The notes under the pieces were generated by a model that worked only from the letters and a program-made list of their open reading frames with translations, had not been told where the DNA came from and ran no database searches. From Acidimicrobiia bacterium (GTDB lineage Bacteria > Actinomycetota > Acidimicrobiia > Spongiisociales > ZC4RG35), in the NCBI GenBank assembly GCA_033720975.1, contig JAWWBL010000002.1:1-47514 (forward strand): DNA of 47,514 bases, in the 5' to 3' direction. The position numbers and the translations under genes were made by a program. Shown here one piece after another: positions 18,331 through 26,737 of the stretch (its first letter is position 1; every line of letters begins with the position of its first letter).

Positions 18331-19299
18331 CTACGGAGTGAGAATCACCTTTCCGGCGGTCTGCCGCGCTTCCATGGAGCGATGGGCCATGGCCGCGTCC
18401 GCGAGGGCATACTCAGCCCCGATGTGGACTCGCAGGTCTCCCGTCGCCACCCCCTCCAAGACCTCGTTCGCACGCTCCTCCAGCTCCTCACGAGTTCTCG
18501 TGTAGTCGAAGAGTGTGGGTCTGGTCATGAAAAGCGATCCTTGTCTCATCAACTCCAGAGGAGGCACCGCCTCGACCGGGCCCGAGGCGTTTCCGAACGT
18601 CACCATCATCCCCCTGGGTCTCAGCAGGCGGAGCCCGGCCTCAAAAGTGGCGTTGCCTACGCCGTCGAAAACCACAGTGAGGGGCCGCTCCCCGTAGAGG
18701 CTGACGACTTCGCTCTCGAAGTCATCTTCGACGTAGTTGATGACCCGATCGGCTCCAGCCTCCCGACTCAGCTTTACCTTCTCTTCGGAGCCCACGGTTG
18801 TGATAGCTGTGGCCCCTCTTGCCTTGACCATTTGCGTGAGGAGGAGACCGACTCCGCCGGCCCCGGCGTGGATGAGACAGACATCGGCATCCGAGACCGG
18901 ATATGTGGAAGTGGCAAGGTATTGAGCGGTCAATCCCTGGAGGATCACTGCTGCTGCTTGGGTCGTTGTGGCACCTTCCGGCACGGCAATCGCCTTGTCG
19001 GCGGGCACGACGTGACGCTCGGCATAAGTGCCGATGACTGAGCTCCACACGACGCGGTCTCCTACCCGAAACCGAGCCACATCTTTTCCCACGTCCGCGA
19101 TGGAGCCTGCTCCCTCCAAGCCGGGAATGAACGGGGTCTGCATGGGGTACAGACCACCGCGGTGGTAGGTATCGATGAAGTTCAGCCCTATGGCCTCCAC
19201 ATCGACCAGCACATCGCTCGGACCCGGCACCGGTTCGGGGACCTCGCGAAGCTGGAGCGCGTCAGGGCCCCCGGTCTCCTCGACGACGATGGCCCTCAT
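18331..19299 (-). CDS. qor: NADPH:quinone oxidoreductase (zeta-crystallin/MDR family)
   Basis: MRAIVVEETGGPDALQLREVP..., cofactor motif HAGAGGVGLLL. ATG 19299 is preferred (GGAGG upstream, ATGA overlap with the upstream gene). Confidence 0.85.
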   Translation of the reverse strand: MRAIVVEETGGPDALQLREVPEPVPGPSDVLVDVEAIGLNFIDTYHRGGLYPMQTPFIPGLEGAGSIADVGKDVARFRVGDRVVWSSVIGTYAERHVVPADKAIAVPEGATTTQAAAVILQGLTAQYLATSTYPVSDADVCLIHAGAGGVGLLLTQMVKARGATAITTVGSEEKVKLSREAGADRVINYVEDDFESEVVSLYGERPLTVVFDGVGNATFEAGLRLLRPRGMMVTFGNASGPVEAVPPLELMRQGSLFMTRPTLFDYTRTREELEERANEVLEGVATGDLRVHIGAEYALADAAMAHRSMEARQTAGKVILTP

Positions 19300-19715
19300 G
19301 TCCTTTCCACCCTCCACCCGCGGGCGCGAAGCTCCTTAGCGAGCGTCTCGTCCATAACGCGAGACAGGTCTATCCGTTCCCGCTCTTCTCCGAGGAGCCG
19401 CTCGATGGGATCGCGCAACGTCCTTGCCCACGCCCTTCCTTTGGCTTCGGCCTCGAGGCTGAGGGTGGCATCCGAATTCACGCTGTAGACACGCGCCGTG
19501 ATCTGCGGGGTGGCCCTGGCGCCCTTCTCCCCGTAGACGAGGAGTACCGAACCTGCCGGCAGGTCCTGTACGCCACCAGTGGCAACGAAGGCCCCTTCGT
19601 ATGCCCATCCAGACGTCTTGGATGTGTCGACAGCGTCGACGACCTTGGCCCAGTTCTTGTGCCGCACATCCCCCGCCAGAGGGACGTCCACAGCGACGAG
19701 CACCGCCTCTTCCAT
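19296..19715 (-). CDS. Hypothetical protein
   Basis: 139-aa ORF translationally coupled to qor (ATGA). No recognisable motif. Confidence 0.45.
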   Translation of the reverse strand: MEEAVLVAVDVPLAGDVRHKNWAKVVDAVDTSKTSGWAYEGAFVATGGVQDLPAGSVLLVYGEKGARATPQITARVYSVNSDATLSLEAEAKGRAWARTLRDPIERLLGEERERIDLSRVMDETLAKELRARGWRVERT

Positions 19716-19771
19716 GATTCGAGCCTAAGCGCATCCGGCATGGTCGTCTCAAAAAGCTTTACCCTTCGCTC

Positions 19772-20767
19772 GTGGCAACCGTTCGCCTTTTCGCCAACCT
19801 TCGAGAGATCGCCGGTACTTCGCGGGTCGACATACCTGCGGAAACGGTCGGCGATCTGATCCTGGCTGCCAACGAGAAGTTTGGCTCGGACTTCGCCAGC
19901 GGGGTCAAGGTGGCCCGAGTGTGGGTAAATGGAGAGGCCGCCGGGCCTGAGGCCGAGGTCATGGAGTCCGACGAGGTTGTGCTTCTGCCGCCGGTGTCCG
20001 GCGGTGGCCAGCCGGCAACGCTCGCACCCGCCGATCTGCTCGGCTTTACACCGATCGTGATCGCTCTTGTGGCGATATTCGCCAACATCCAGGGGCAGGC
20101 GGCATGGGCTGCCGCGGTCGTGGCCATCGCAGCCGTGTGGGCGGTGGACTTGAGCATCGCCTTTGCAAACAGAGGCAAACGTTTCGCGGTCCTCGTCCCT
20201 GTGGCGGCCGGAGCGGGCGGGGCACTGCTTGCCCACGTTCTCGGCAGTGTCGGCTACGGGTTGAGTGCCGGCGTGGGTGTGGCCGTTGCCCTGATCTGGG
20301 CGGTGTCGTTCCGCTTCTATCGGGAAGTGGACGTCCTGGCGCCCGTGGCACTGGTCGCGCTGCTCGGCGGCATGGGCACGGCGTCGATGGTCTTGGCGCG
20401 ATCTGCGTCCGCACCCGATCCACAGGCGGTTGACGTCTTCTTGGTGGCATCGGTCGTGGCCATCGTCTTGGGATCCCTCGTCGCTCGGCTTCCTGCCATG
20501 CCACTGGCGGATCCGTTCTCAGTGACCGCGGTCGGTGCCGTGCTCGCGGCCGTGGCTGCTGCGGCTATCTGGGACCTGGACGTCGTCGCCTACCTGCTGG
20601 CGGGCCTTGGGATTGCCGTCGCACTCGTCGCAGGTCTCGGGCTCTCATCGATGCTCCGGACAGGGCGGATCTCTTTATCAGAGAGGTCGCCTGGCCTCCT
20701 GGCGTCGCTCGACGGTGTCGTACTCGCGGCTGCGGTTTACTTCCCGCTCATCCGCCTGGTCCTCTGA
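19772..20767 (+). CDS. MoaD/ThiS-type beta-grasp domain fused to a multi-pass membrane domain
   Basis: GTG start. Residues 1-78 ([17 protein letters not shown]...[12 protein letters not shown]) are a complete MoaD-like sulfur carrier ending in GG, followed without a stop by about 250 aa of Ala/Val/Leu-rich TM segments. Confidence 0.65.
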   Translation: MATVRLFANLREIAGTSRVDIPAETVGDLILAANEKFGSDFASGVKVARVWVNGEAAGPEAEVMESDEVVLLPPVSGGGQPATLAPADLLGFTPIVIALVAIFANIQGQAAWAAAVVAIAAVWAVDLSIAFANRGKRFAVLVPVAAGAGGALLAHVLGSVGYGLSAGVGVAVALIWAVSFRFYREVDVLAPVALVALLGGMGTASMVLARSASAPDPQAVDVFLVASVVAIVLGSLVARLPAMPLADPFSVTAVGAVLAAVAAAAIWDLDVVAYLLAGLGIAVALVAGLGLSSMLRTGRISLSERSPGLLASLDGVVLAAAVYFPLIRLVL

Positions 20768-20819
20768 GCGGCATCGCCAACTCCGTCAAATGCCGGCACC
20801 GGGCTACCCTCTTGCCTCG

Positions 20820-21911
20820 ATGACTGCCATATCGGCCGGGCGACGAGCAGTCCTGTTTCTCACCCTCATCGCCTTGGCGGCCACCTCTTTTCCAATGACG
20901 TCCAATGGCGTCACCAGGGACCAGGTCGACGAGGCCTGCGCCGACTCGCGCGAGCAGCTGGCTGAGTACCGGGCCGCCCGCGCGGAGTTCGTTGAAGCCG
21001 ACGAAGCCTTCGACCATGCCCTTCACGAGGTGGAAGAGGTGGTGGCCAAGCAAGCCCGGCTGAAGAGCTCGGCCGAAGGCCACGCCGAGGAGCTCGCCGA
21101 GGTGCAGGCACTGATCGAGGAGCAGGCGGTGCAGCTGTACATGATGGGTGGCCTTTCGAATCAGGGCGTGATCCTCAGCGCCTCATCCGTCGACGAGTTC
21201 CTCACCACGACCGAGTTCCTAACCGCGGCCGCGGAGGGCGGCAAGCGGTCGATGGACGACTTGATTGCCATACGCAACGAGCTTGGTCGCTTCCAGGTGG
21301 AGCTGGCCAAGGTCCAGCAAGAACTGGAGGTCGCCCAGGCAGAAGCCCAAACGGTTCGAGATCGCCAGCAGGCGGCGATGGAGGCCGAGCAGGAGGCGTA
21401 TGCGAAACTCCAGGGAAGGTGCAGGGAGCTGCAGCGTCAGTACGAGGTGCAGCTTGCCGAAGAAGCAGCGAGACAAGCCCAGCGCGCCGCAGGTTCGGTC
21501 CAGGTGGGCTCGTTCATCTGCCCCTTCACGCCGGGACGGACGTCGTTCCGGGACACCTGGGGAGCTCCCCGGTCCGGTGGCCGTACGCACAAGGGAACAG
21601 ACCTGTTTGCCGCGTGGAACGAGCCGATGTACGCCGTTGCCAATGGACGTGTGTTCACCCGAAACTATGGGTTGGGAGGTTTGGCCATCTGGCTGACCGC
21701 TGACAACGGAGTCGCCTACTACTACGCCCACCTCAACAGCTTCACTGTGAGCAACGGGCAACGCGTGACCCAGGGCCAGACGATCGGGCTCAACGGGGAC
21801 TCGGGTAACGCCAAGGGCGGCGCCCCTCATCTCCACTTCGAGATCCATCCCGGAGGTCGTGGCAGCGCCGCCGTGAATCCCTATCCCACCCTGGTAGGGG
21901 CTTGCAGGTAA
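20820..21911 (+). CDS. Secreted M23 family metallopeptidase with N-terminal coiled coil
   Basis: Signal-like [21 protein letters not shown], long coiled-coil region, and M23 motifs HKGTDL and HLHFEIH. Alternative ATG at 20790. Confidence 0.8.
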   Translation: MTAISAGRRAVLFLTLIALAATSFPMTSNGVTRDQVDEACADSREQLAEYRAARAEFVEADEAFDHALHEVEEVVAKQARLKSSAEGHAEELAEVQALIEEQAVQLYMMGGLSNQGVILSASSVDEFLTTTEFLTAAAEGGKRSMDDLIAIRNELGRFQVELAKVQQELEVAQAEAQTVRDRQQAAMEAEQEAYAKLQGRCRELQRQYEVQLAEEAARQAQRAAGSVQVGSFICPFTPGRTSFRDTWGAPRSGGRTHKGTDLFAAWNEPMYAVANGRVFTRNYGLGGLAIWLTADNGVAYYYAHLNSFTVSNGQRVTQGQTIGLNGDSGNAKGGAPHLHFEIHPGGRGSAAVNPYPTLVGACR

Positions 21912-21920
21912 CCTGAGCCT

Positions 21921-22451
21921 GTGACGGAACAGCGCCGGCGCATCGACATAGTCCTCCAACCCGAGTACCGGGAGGGACTCTCCGACCTCGATCTCGACGA
22001 GCTGCGCCAGCGAAGGACGACCGCCGCAGATGTCGAGGCGCAAGTGTCCTACTACCGGCGAATGATTCACGGGCGGATGGATCTGCTCAACTTCGAGCTG
22101 CGCCGCCGCGATGGGCAAGAAGAGAGGACTCTCCTCGAAGCCCTCCCGGAGATCCTGGCGAGCGGCATGATCCTCGGGAATGAGCCCAATCTCAAGCACA
22201 TCGAGGTCATGCCCCCTATCCCGTCAAAGACCGGCCGACGTCTGATCGACAAGATCATGGACGAGGGAGTGCTGATCCGACTCCCCGACATGCCGGCTGT
22301 CGAGATCAACGAAGCGCTCGATCGGCTCCGCGAGGTCGAGACCGAACTCTCCAACCAGCGCAGGGAGCTTCACGCAGTGATCGACACACTCCAGGACGAG
22401 ATCGTCGGCCGGTATCGGAACCAGCAGGACGAGGCGGCTGTCAGCGGCTGA
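21921..22451 (+). CDS. RsiG-like helical protein (possible c-di-GMP-binding anti-sigma factor)
   Basis: 176 aa, GTG start. Two copies of E-x3-S-x2-R-x3-H-x3-D (E39..D54 EAQVSYYRRMIHGRMD; E140..D155 ETELSNQRRELHAVID) resemble the RsiG E(X)3S(X)2R(X)3Q(X)3D signature. Confidence 0.45.
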   Translation: MTEQRRRIDIVLQPEYREGLSDLDLDELRQRRTTAADVEAQVSYYRRMIHGRMDLLNFELRRRDGQEERTLLEALPEILASGMILGNEPNLKHIEVMPPIPSKTGRRLIDKIMDEGVLIRLPDMPAVEINEALDRLREVETELSNQRRELHAVIDTLQDEIVGRYRNQQDEAAVSG

Positions 22452-22453
22452 TC

Positions 22454-23395
22454 TTGCTTGCGGCGAGAGTCAGATCGGGTCTCGTCGAGACTTTCCATGA
22501 CGGCGCGGTTGCCGTTTGCGACTCAGATGGCGCACTGATCGCGTCGCATGGAGACATCGACCGGCCCTTCTTCATCCGCTCCGCCGCCAAGCCCTTCCAG
22601 GCCCATGTCTCGCAATCGGAGGGTGCCGGTCTTTCGAATCTGGAGCTTGCAGTTGCCTCAGCCTCACAGCGGGGCCACCCGATCCAGGTGGCAATCGTGG
22701 AGGCGATGTTGGCCGACTCGGGTCTCGGCCCCGAGAACCTGGGCTGCCCACCCGATTGGCCTCTCGCCCGGGATGCCGCGCTCGGACTGGCGCGAACCGG
22801 GGTGAGTCGGCCCGAGCGGGTCTTCCACAACTGCTCGGGAAAGCACGCTGCGTTTCTGCGTGCCTGTTTGGCTCAGAGTTGGCCGACACAGTCATATCTG
22901 AGCGCTGACCATCCGCTGCAGATCCGGGTCAGAGACCTGTTGTCCGCACTCGGTCGACACGACCCGGAGCCCATCGGCGTCGACGGCTGCGGGGCCCCGG
23001 TGTATCGCACCACCGCGCGTGCGCTCGGGCTCATGTATGCCCGAGTGCCCCGTGACCTGGGTGATGTGTTCGCTGCGATGCACCAATATCCAGCTCTCGT
23101 CGGCGAGAACGGTGCGGGGGACACGACCATTGCCACCGCCTTGAACGCCGTTGCCAAGATTGGTGCGGAGGGATGCCTCGGAGTCGGGCTAGCCGACCAG
23201 ATCGGAATCGGGGCGAAGAGCTGGGACGGCAGATCGGATGTAGCAGTGGTTGCCGTGATCGAGGCCCTGGACCAGCTGGGACGACTGGAGCAATCGCAGC
23301 GGCAGTCACTGTCAGCTCTGGCTTCGCCGGTCGTCTTCGGAGGCGATCAGGTTGTCGGGGCCCTCGAGCCTCGGCTCTCACTCAACAAGACCTGA
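22454..23395 (+). CDS. Asparaginase II family protein
   Basis: 313 aa, TTG start. Motifs FIRSAAKPFQA and HNCSGKHAAFL as I recall them for the thermolabile asparaginase-II family. Confidence 0.6.
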   Translation: MLAARVRSGLVETFHDGAVAVCDSDGALIASHGDIDRPFFIRSAAKPFQAHVSQSEGAGLSNLELAVASASQRGHPIQVAIVEAMLADSGLGPENLGCPPDWPLARDAALGLARTGVSRPERVFHNCSGKHAAFLRACLAQSWPTQSYLSADHPLQIRVRDLLSALGRHDPEPIGVDGCGAPVYRTTARALGLMYARVPRDLGDVFAAMHQYPALVGENGAGDTTIATALNAVAKIGAEGCLGVGLADQIGIGAKSWDGRSDVAVVAVIEALDQLGRLEQSQRQSLSALASPVVFGGDQVVGALEPRLSLNKT

Positions 23396-23709
23396 TCCTC
23401 GCGAAAAATCTAGTTAGAAACTTGTGAACATTCCCATGTGGACAAACCCTGTGGAAAACCTCGAATTCTGTTGGTATCCCGAGTCGAACGGCTCGATCAC
23501 TGGTTAGGGGACACCACTTTACGTTGGGCAGCGATGAGTGGCATTCCGAGGAGGGTCATTGAACACAGATTTGCTTTGACGTACATTCGGCTCTGCAAAC
23601 GCCCCAGAGGCAAACCGGAGAAGCGTCCGTTCGGGGAAGTGCGGAGGAGGCTCCGGAAGGTCACTGGGGCGTTTTGCCGTCCCGGGGGGGCTCGGTCAAA
23701 GCGAGTTCG

Positions 23710-24396
23710 CTAGTCGTGACACATCCACCAGAACCGTGTCGCGGTCAGGCACGACTCACCAGGGGTGACGGGGTGATCGGGCCCGACGTCGAGAGTCGTG
23801 GTGGTGGTGGGTGGCAGTGTGGCTGTGGTCGTGGAAGTCGTCGCCTTGGGTGCCGTTGTCGTCGTCTTCTGGGCGGTGGTCGTGGTGGCTGGGGGAGACG
23901 TGGTCGTGGTGGCCGGGGGTGACGTGGTGGTAGTCGTGGATCCTGGCAGCGCCATGAACACAACCGTCACGTACATCACGTCGTCGTTATCGAACGCGGT
24001 TCCCACTCCCACGTAGTTGAAGTCGGGGTCGAGGATGTTGGCTCGGTGTGTAGGGGACTTCATGAAGGCGTCGTGGTGGAGGGATGAGGGCGTCCCTCCC
24101 CGTCCCACGTTCTCACCCAACTTGGTCCATCCTGGACTTCCCGCCGATGCCAGCTGACTCCCCGTCGAGTGGAAGATCTCACCCTCCGCGATCATGCGGG
24201 CGGTGTGCGTATCGGCGTATGAGGCGAGTTTCCCGTCAACAGCAAGAGGAGGCAGGCCGTTAGCCGCGCGGGACCCGTTGATCTCCGCGACGAATTGGGA
24301 CTCGGTGGCGGGCTCGGCCGAAACCGAGACCCCGAGTCCAGTCGTGGCCACTGCGGCCACCAATGTCAGCGACAGCCATCGCCTCTTCCCCAGCAT
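23710..24396 (-). CDS. Secreted CAP/SCP domain protein with Thr/Pro-rich linker and C-terminal Cys pair
   Basis: Signal peptide, CAP-like core (NGSRAANGLPPL..., HRANILDPDFNYVGVG), Thr-rich linker, and C-terminal ...ESCLTATRFWWMCHD. Confidence 0.7.
   Translation of the reverse strand: MLGKRRWLSLTLVAAVATTGLGVSVSAEPATESQFVAEINGSRAANGLPPLAVDGKLASYADTHTARMIAEGEIFHSTGSQLASAGSPGWTKLGENVGRGGTPSSLHHDAFMKSPTHRANILDPDFNYVGVGTAFDNDDVMYVTVVFMALPGSTTTTTSPPATTTTSPPATTTTAQKTTTTAPKATTSTTTATLPPTTTTTLDVGPDHPVTPGESCLTATRFWWMCHD
23794..23940 (-). repeat. Low-complexity Thr/Pro-rich coding repeat
   Basis: Residues 153-201 of the CAP protein: STTTTTSPPATTTTSPPATTTTAQKTTTTAPKATTSTTTATLPPTTTTT, including a tandem TTTTSPPA x2. 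Confidence 0.7.
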
Positions 24397-24458
24397 GTCG
24401 GGTGTATCGGCGTGAGTCGCCTATCTCTTGAGACCCCCAGGGCGCCAGGGAAGGATGG

Positions 24459-25361
24459 TCAGATCCCGAAGATGACCTCACGGAGGCTTATGAAACTTGC
24501 CTGCATCGTGTCGACGTCCAATCGCATCGAACCCAGTCTCAACCCGGTCATTCCCTCCCCGACGTTCGTCATCACGCGTAGGGAGTCGCCCTCGTAGTCG
24601 AGGACACCGATGCCAAGACATCCGCCCTTCGAGTCCTGGACGCCTACGAGGACCCCCTGGAGACGATCGAGATCAAGGCCCATGGGAAGGGTGGGGGCGA
24701 ACACGGTAGGCCTGACACGCCAGGTCTCGAGCGGCGACCGCAGCGCCGCGGCAAACCCCTCCGACCGACGGTGCGCCCTTGCTTCGGGTGAGACTGGGAC
24801 CACACTTGGATCGGTCGGTGCCGTGATCACCTTGGCGCCCAGAAACCTTCGCAGCATCCCGACGACCGGTTCCATCTCTCCGCCCCGTTGCAGCGCCACG
24901 ATGATCTCAGGACGACAAAGCTCGGCCTTGTGATATTTCAGGGTCTCGCCGGCCACACCGGACACCACGGCTGACGTGTCGACGATTATCAGATCTCCTA
25001 GTTCTCTCGCCCGATCCACCATTGCCGCAGTCGCCACGACCTGCTGCAGGACGAGCCGGCTGGGGGTGATCGTTCCCACGAAGTGGAGACCATCCGGCCG
25101 ATCGAGGGCTTCGAAGTCGGCCTCCGAGCGGAAGGCCTTCATCCCTACGCATGCCGGTGGGCCAACGGTCGAGTTGCCGACGTCGGCGTCGACTAAAACC
25201 GGAGTCCGCCCCGAGGCGAGGGCGCTGCGCGCGGCGGAAAGCGCGACGGTTGTCTTTCCTGTGTCGAGTCCCCCAATGAGCATGGCAATCCCAACTTCGG
25301 AGATGCGATTTGCCAGCTCGTCAAAGGTGTGATCAGCCACCGGCGCAATATAGGTCTGCAT
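24459..25361 (-). CDS. Clp1/Grc3-like P-loop protein (putative polynucleotide 5'-kinase family)
   Basis: 300 aa with Walker A GGLDTGKTT, Clp1-type VLVDADVGNSTVGPP (DxDxGQ-like) and Walker B LIIVDTS. Confidence 0.55.
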   Translation of the reverse strand: MQTYIAPVADHTFDELANRISEVGIAMLIGGLDTGKTTVALSAARSALASGRTPVLVDADVGNSTVGPPACVGMKAFRSEADFEALDRPDGLHFVGTITPSRLVLQQVVATAAMVDRARELGDLIIVDTSAVVSGVAGETLKYHKAELCRPEIIVALQRGGEMEPVVGMLRRFLGAKVITAPTDPSVVPVSPEARAHRRSEGFAAALRSPLETWRVRPTVFAPTLPMGLDLDRLQGVLVGVQDSKGGCLGIGVLDYEGDSLRVMTNVGEGMTGLRLGSMRLDVDTMQASFISLREVIFGI

Positions 25362-25404
25362 GCCGCTTGCCTATTCGCGACTCGACCCGTCTAAGTTCGC
25401 TGCG

Positions 25405-26229
25405 ATGTCTCTGCCGATCAGCTTTCTGTCGGACTTCGGGCTTGAAGACGAGTTCGTAGGCGTCGTTCATGGTGTCATTGCCAAGCTCGCGCCAGAGTCT
25501 CGGGTGATCGACGTGGGGCACAACACGGAGCGAGGAGCGATTCGCCCGGCGGCTCTTTCCCTGATGCGGGCGATCCAATACCTACCTGAAGGAGTCGCCT
25601 TGGTCGTTGTCGACCCGGGCGTGGGCTCGGATCGGCGAGCGATCGCCGCCCGAACCGAGTGGGGCTATTTCGTCGGTCCCGACAATGGCGTGTTGTCTCC
25701 GGCGGTGACCATGGTGGGGGGCGCCGACGACGTCGTGTCGATCGAGAACCCGGAGGTGATGATCCCATCGCCGGGCGCGACGTTCCATGGCCGCGACATC
25801 TTTGCGCCGGCCGCGGCGCTGTTGGCATCAGGCGAGGCCTCGCTCGGCGACCTCGGGCCGCAAGTGCCGGGAGACGAGTTGGTCCCGTTGCTCCTTCCGC
25901 TTACGGAGACCGACGGCAACATGGTTGTTGGAGAGGCCTGGTGGGTCGATGTCTTCGGAAACGTCCAGACGAACATTGCTCCGGACGATGCCGCCCTCGT
26001 CGGGTTGTCACCAGGTGATCCGCTCACGGTCAAGATCGGATCGAGCCTTCATGCCCTCAAGTGGGGTATCACCTACAGCGATGTCGAGGAGGGAGAAGCT
26101 CTCGTCCACGTGGACTCGGCGGGCATGCTGGCAATCGCGGTGCGTGGCGGCCGGGCCGACGAATCCTTTGCACTCGGCGAGGGGACAGCGGTCACGCTGT
26201 CTGGGAGAGGATCAGCCACAGCTGAATGA
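25405..26229 (+). CDS. SAM hydrolase/SAM-dependent halogenase family protein (DUF62, S-adenosyl-L-methionine hydroxide adenosyltransferase-like)
   Basis: From ATG 25405: ISFLSDFGLEDEFVGVVHGVI, VVDPGVGSDRR, FVGPDNGVLS, FHGRDIFAPAAA. Alternative ATG at 25360. Confidence 0.75.
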   Translation: MSLPISFLSDFGLEDEFVGVVHGVIAKLAPESRVIDVGHNTERGAIRPAALSLMRAIQYLPEGVALVVVDPGVGSDRRAIAARTEWGYFVGPDNGVLSPAVTMVGGADDVVSIENPEVMIPSPGATFHGRDIFAPAAALLASGEASLGDLGPQVPGDELVPLLLPLTETDGNMVVGEAWWVDVFGNVQTNIAPDDAALVGLSPGDPLTVKIGSSLHALKWGITYSDVEEGEALVHVDSAGMLAIAVRGGRADESFALGEGTAVTLSGRGSATAE

Positions 26230-26311
26230 GCCCGGCTATGGCGATGGCCGCGAGCAGGATCAGGATGATGATGGTCGTTGCCGGGCGCACGCGTGCTGAT
26301 GGTATCAACGC

Positions 26312-26341
26312 GTCGAGGCCCCCAAGAAAGGGGGCCTCGAC
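26312..26341. terminator. Strong terminator-like hairpin downstream of the DUF62 gene
   Basis: Perfect 12-bp stem GTCGAGGCCCCC (26312-26323) / GGGGGCCTCGAC (26330-26341) with loop AAGAAA. No clear T-tract. Confidence 0.5.
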
Positions 26342-26476
26342 TTGTGAAGGAGGGCTCCGTCACCGTGGGGCGGGCTGGGAGGCTATCCGTTCACACCTGG
26401 GACGAACGTGCCCTAGGCATGAGGGAAACGGAATACCCTCCTTCCTTCGTGTTTATCGACCACGGAGAGTGGTCTC

Positions 26477-26737
26477 TTGAATGATTTTCCGTTCCTGTTT
26501 CTCACCCGGGCTGGTTGTCATCTGTGTGAGGATGCGTGGCCGGTGGTGAGGGCTGCGGCCAAACGAGCCAGAGTGCGGATAGAAGCAGTCGACATCGAGC
26601 AGCGCGATGACCTGCTCTCGAGGTTCGTTTTGAGGATTCCGGTGGTGCTGGCGCCTACAGGCCGCGTTCTGGCAGAAGGTCGTATCGATGACCGACGGTC
26701 TCTGGCCAGGGCGATGAAGGACTCAAGCCCGGGTTAG
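26477..26737 (+). CDS. Glutaredoxin-like (thioredoxin-fold, DUF836-type) small protein
   Basis: 86 aa, TTG start. LFLTRAGCHLCEDA CxxC motif and later RIPVV, as in glutaredoxin-2-like proteins. The 3' end overlaps the convergent cytochrome c gene by 4 nt. Confidence 0.6.
   Translation: MNDFPFLFLTRAGCHLCEDAWPVVRAAAKRARVRIEAVDIEQRDDLLSRFVLRIPVVLAPTGRVLAEGRIDDRRSLARAMKDSSPG

Noticed and set aside
23470-23500. tRNA-like T-arm (GAGCCGTTCGACTCGG on the minus strand).
   Set aside because: The stem does not pair as a 5-bp T-stem around a TTCGAAT-type loop, and no acceptor, D or anticodon arms can be drawn around it.
23396-23709. Chromosomal replication origin (oriC).
   Set aside because: There are only two good DnaA boxes, no dnaA/dnaN or other origin-linked genes nearby, and no extended AT-rich unwinding element. 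A single perfect 9-mer could occur by chance in 47 kb. It is downgraded to a possible DnaA-binding or sRNA locus.
23438-23713. 91-aa ORF inside the long convergent intergenic region.
   Set aside because: It has a GTG start with no ribosome-binding site, gives an Arg/Lys-rich translation without motifs, and sits in a region that looks non-coding. It is kept only as part of the intergenic finding.
26192-26290. 32-aa hydrophobic micro-ORF on the minus strand (VRPATTIIILILLAAIAIAGLIQLWLILSQTA), just downstream of the 26312-26341 hairpin.
   Set aside because: It has a GTG start with no evident Shine-Dalgarno sequence, overlaps the 3' end of the DUF62 gene by 38 nt, and has no promoter evidence. 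It cannot be supported from sequence alone.
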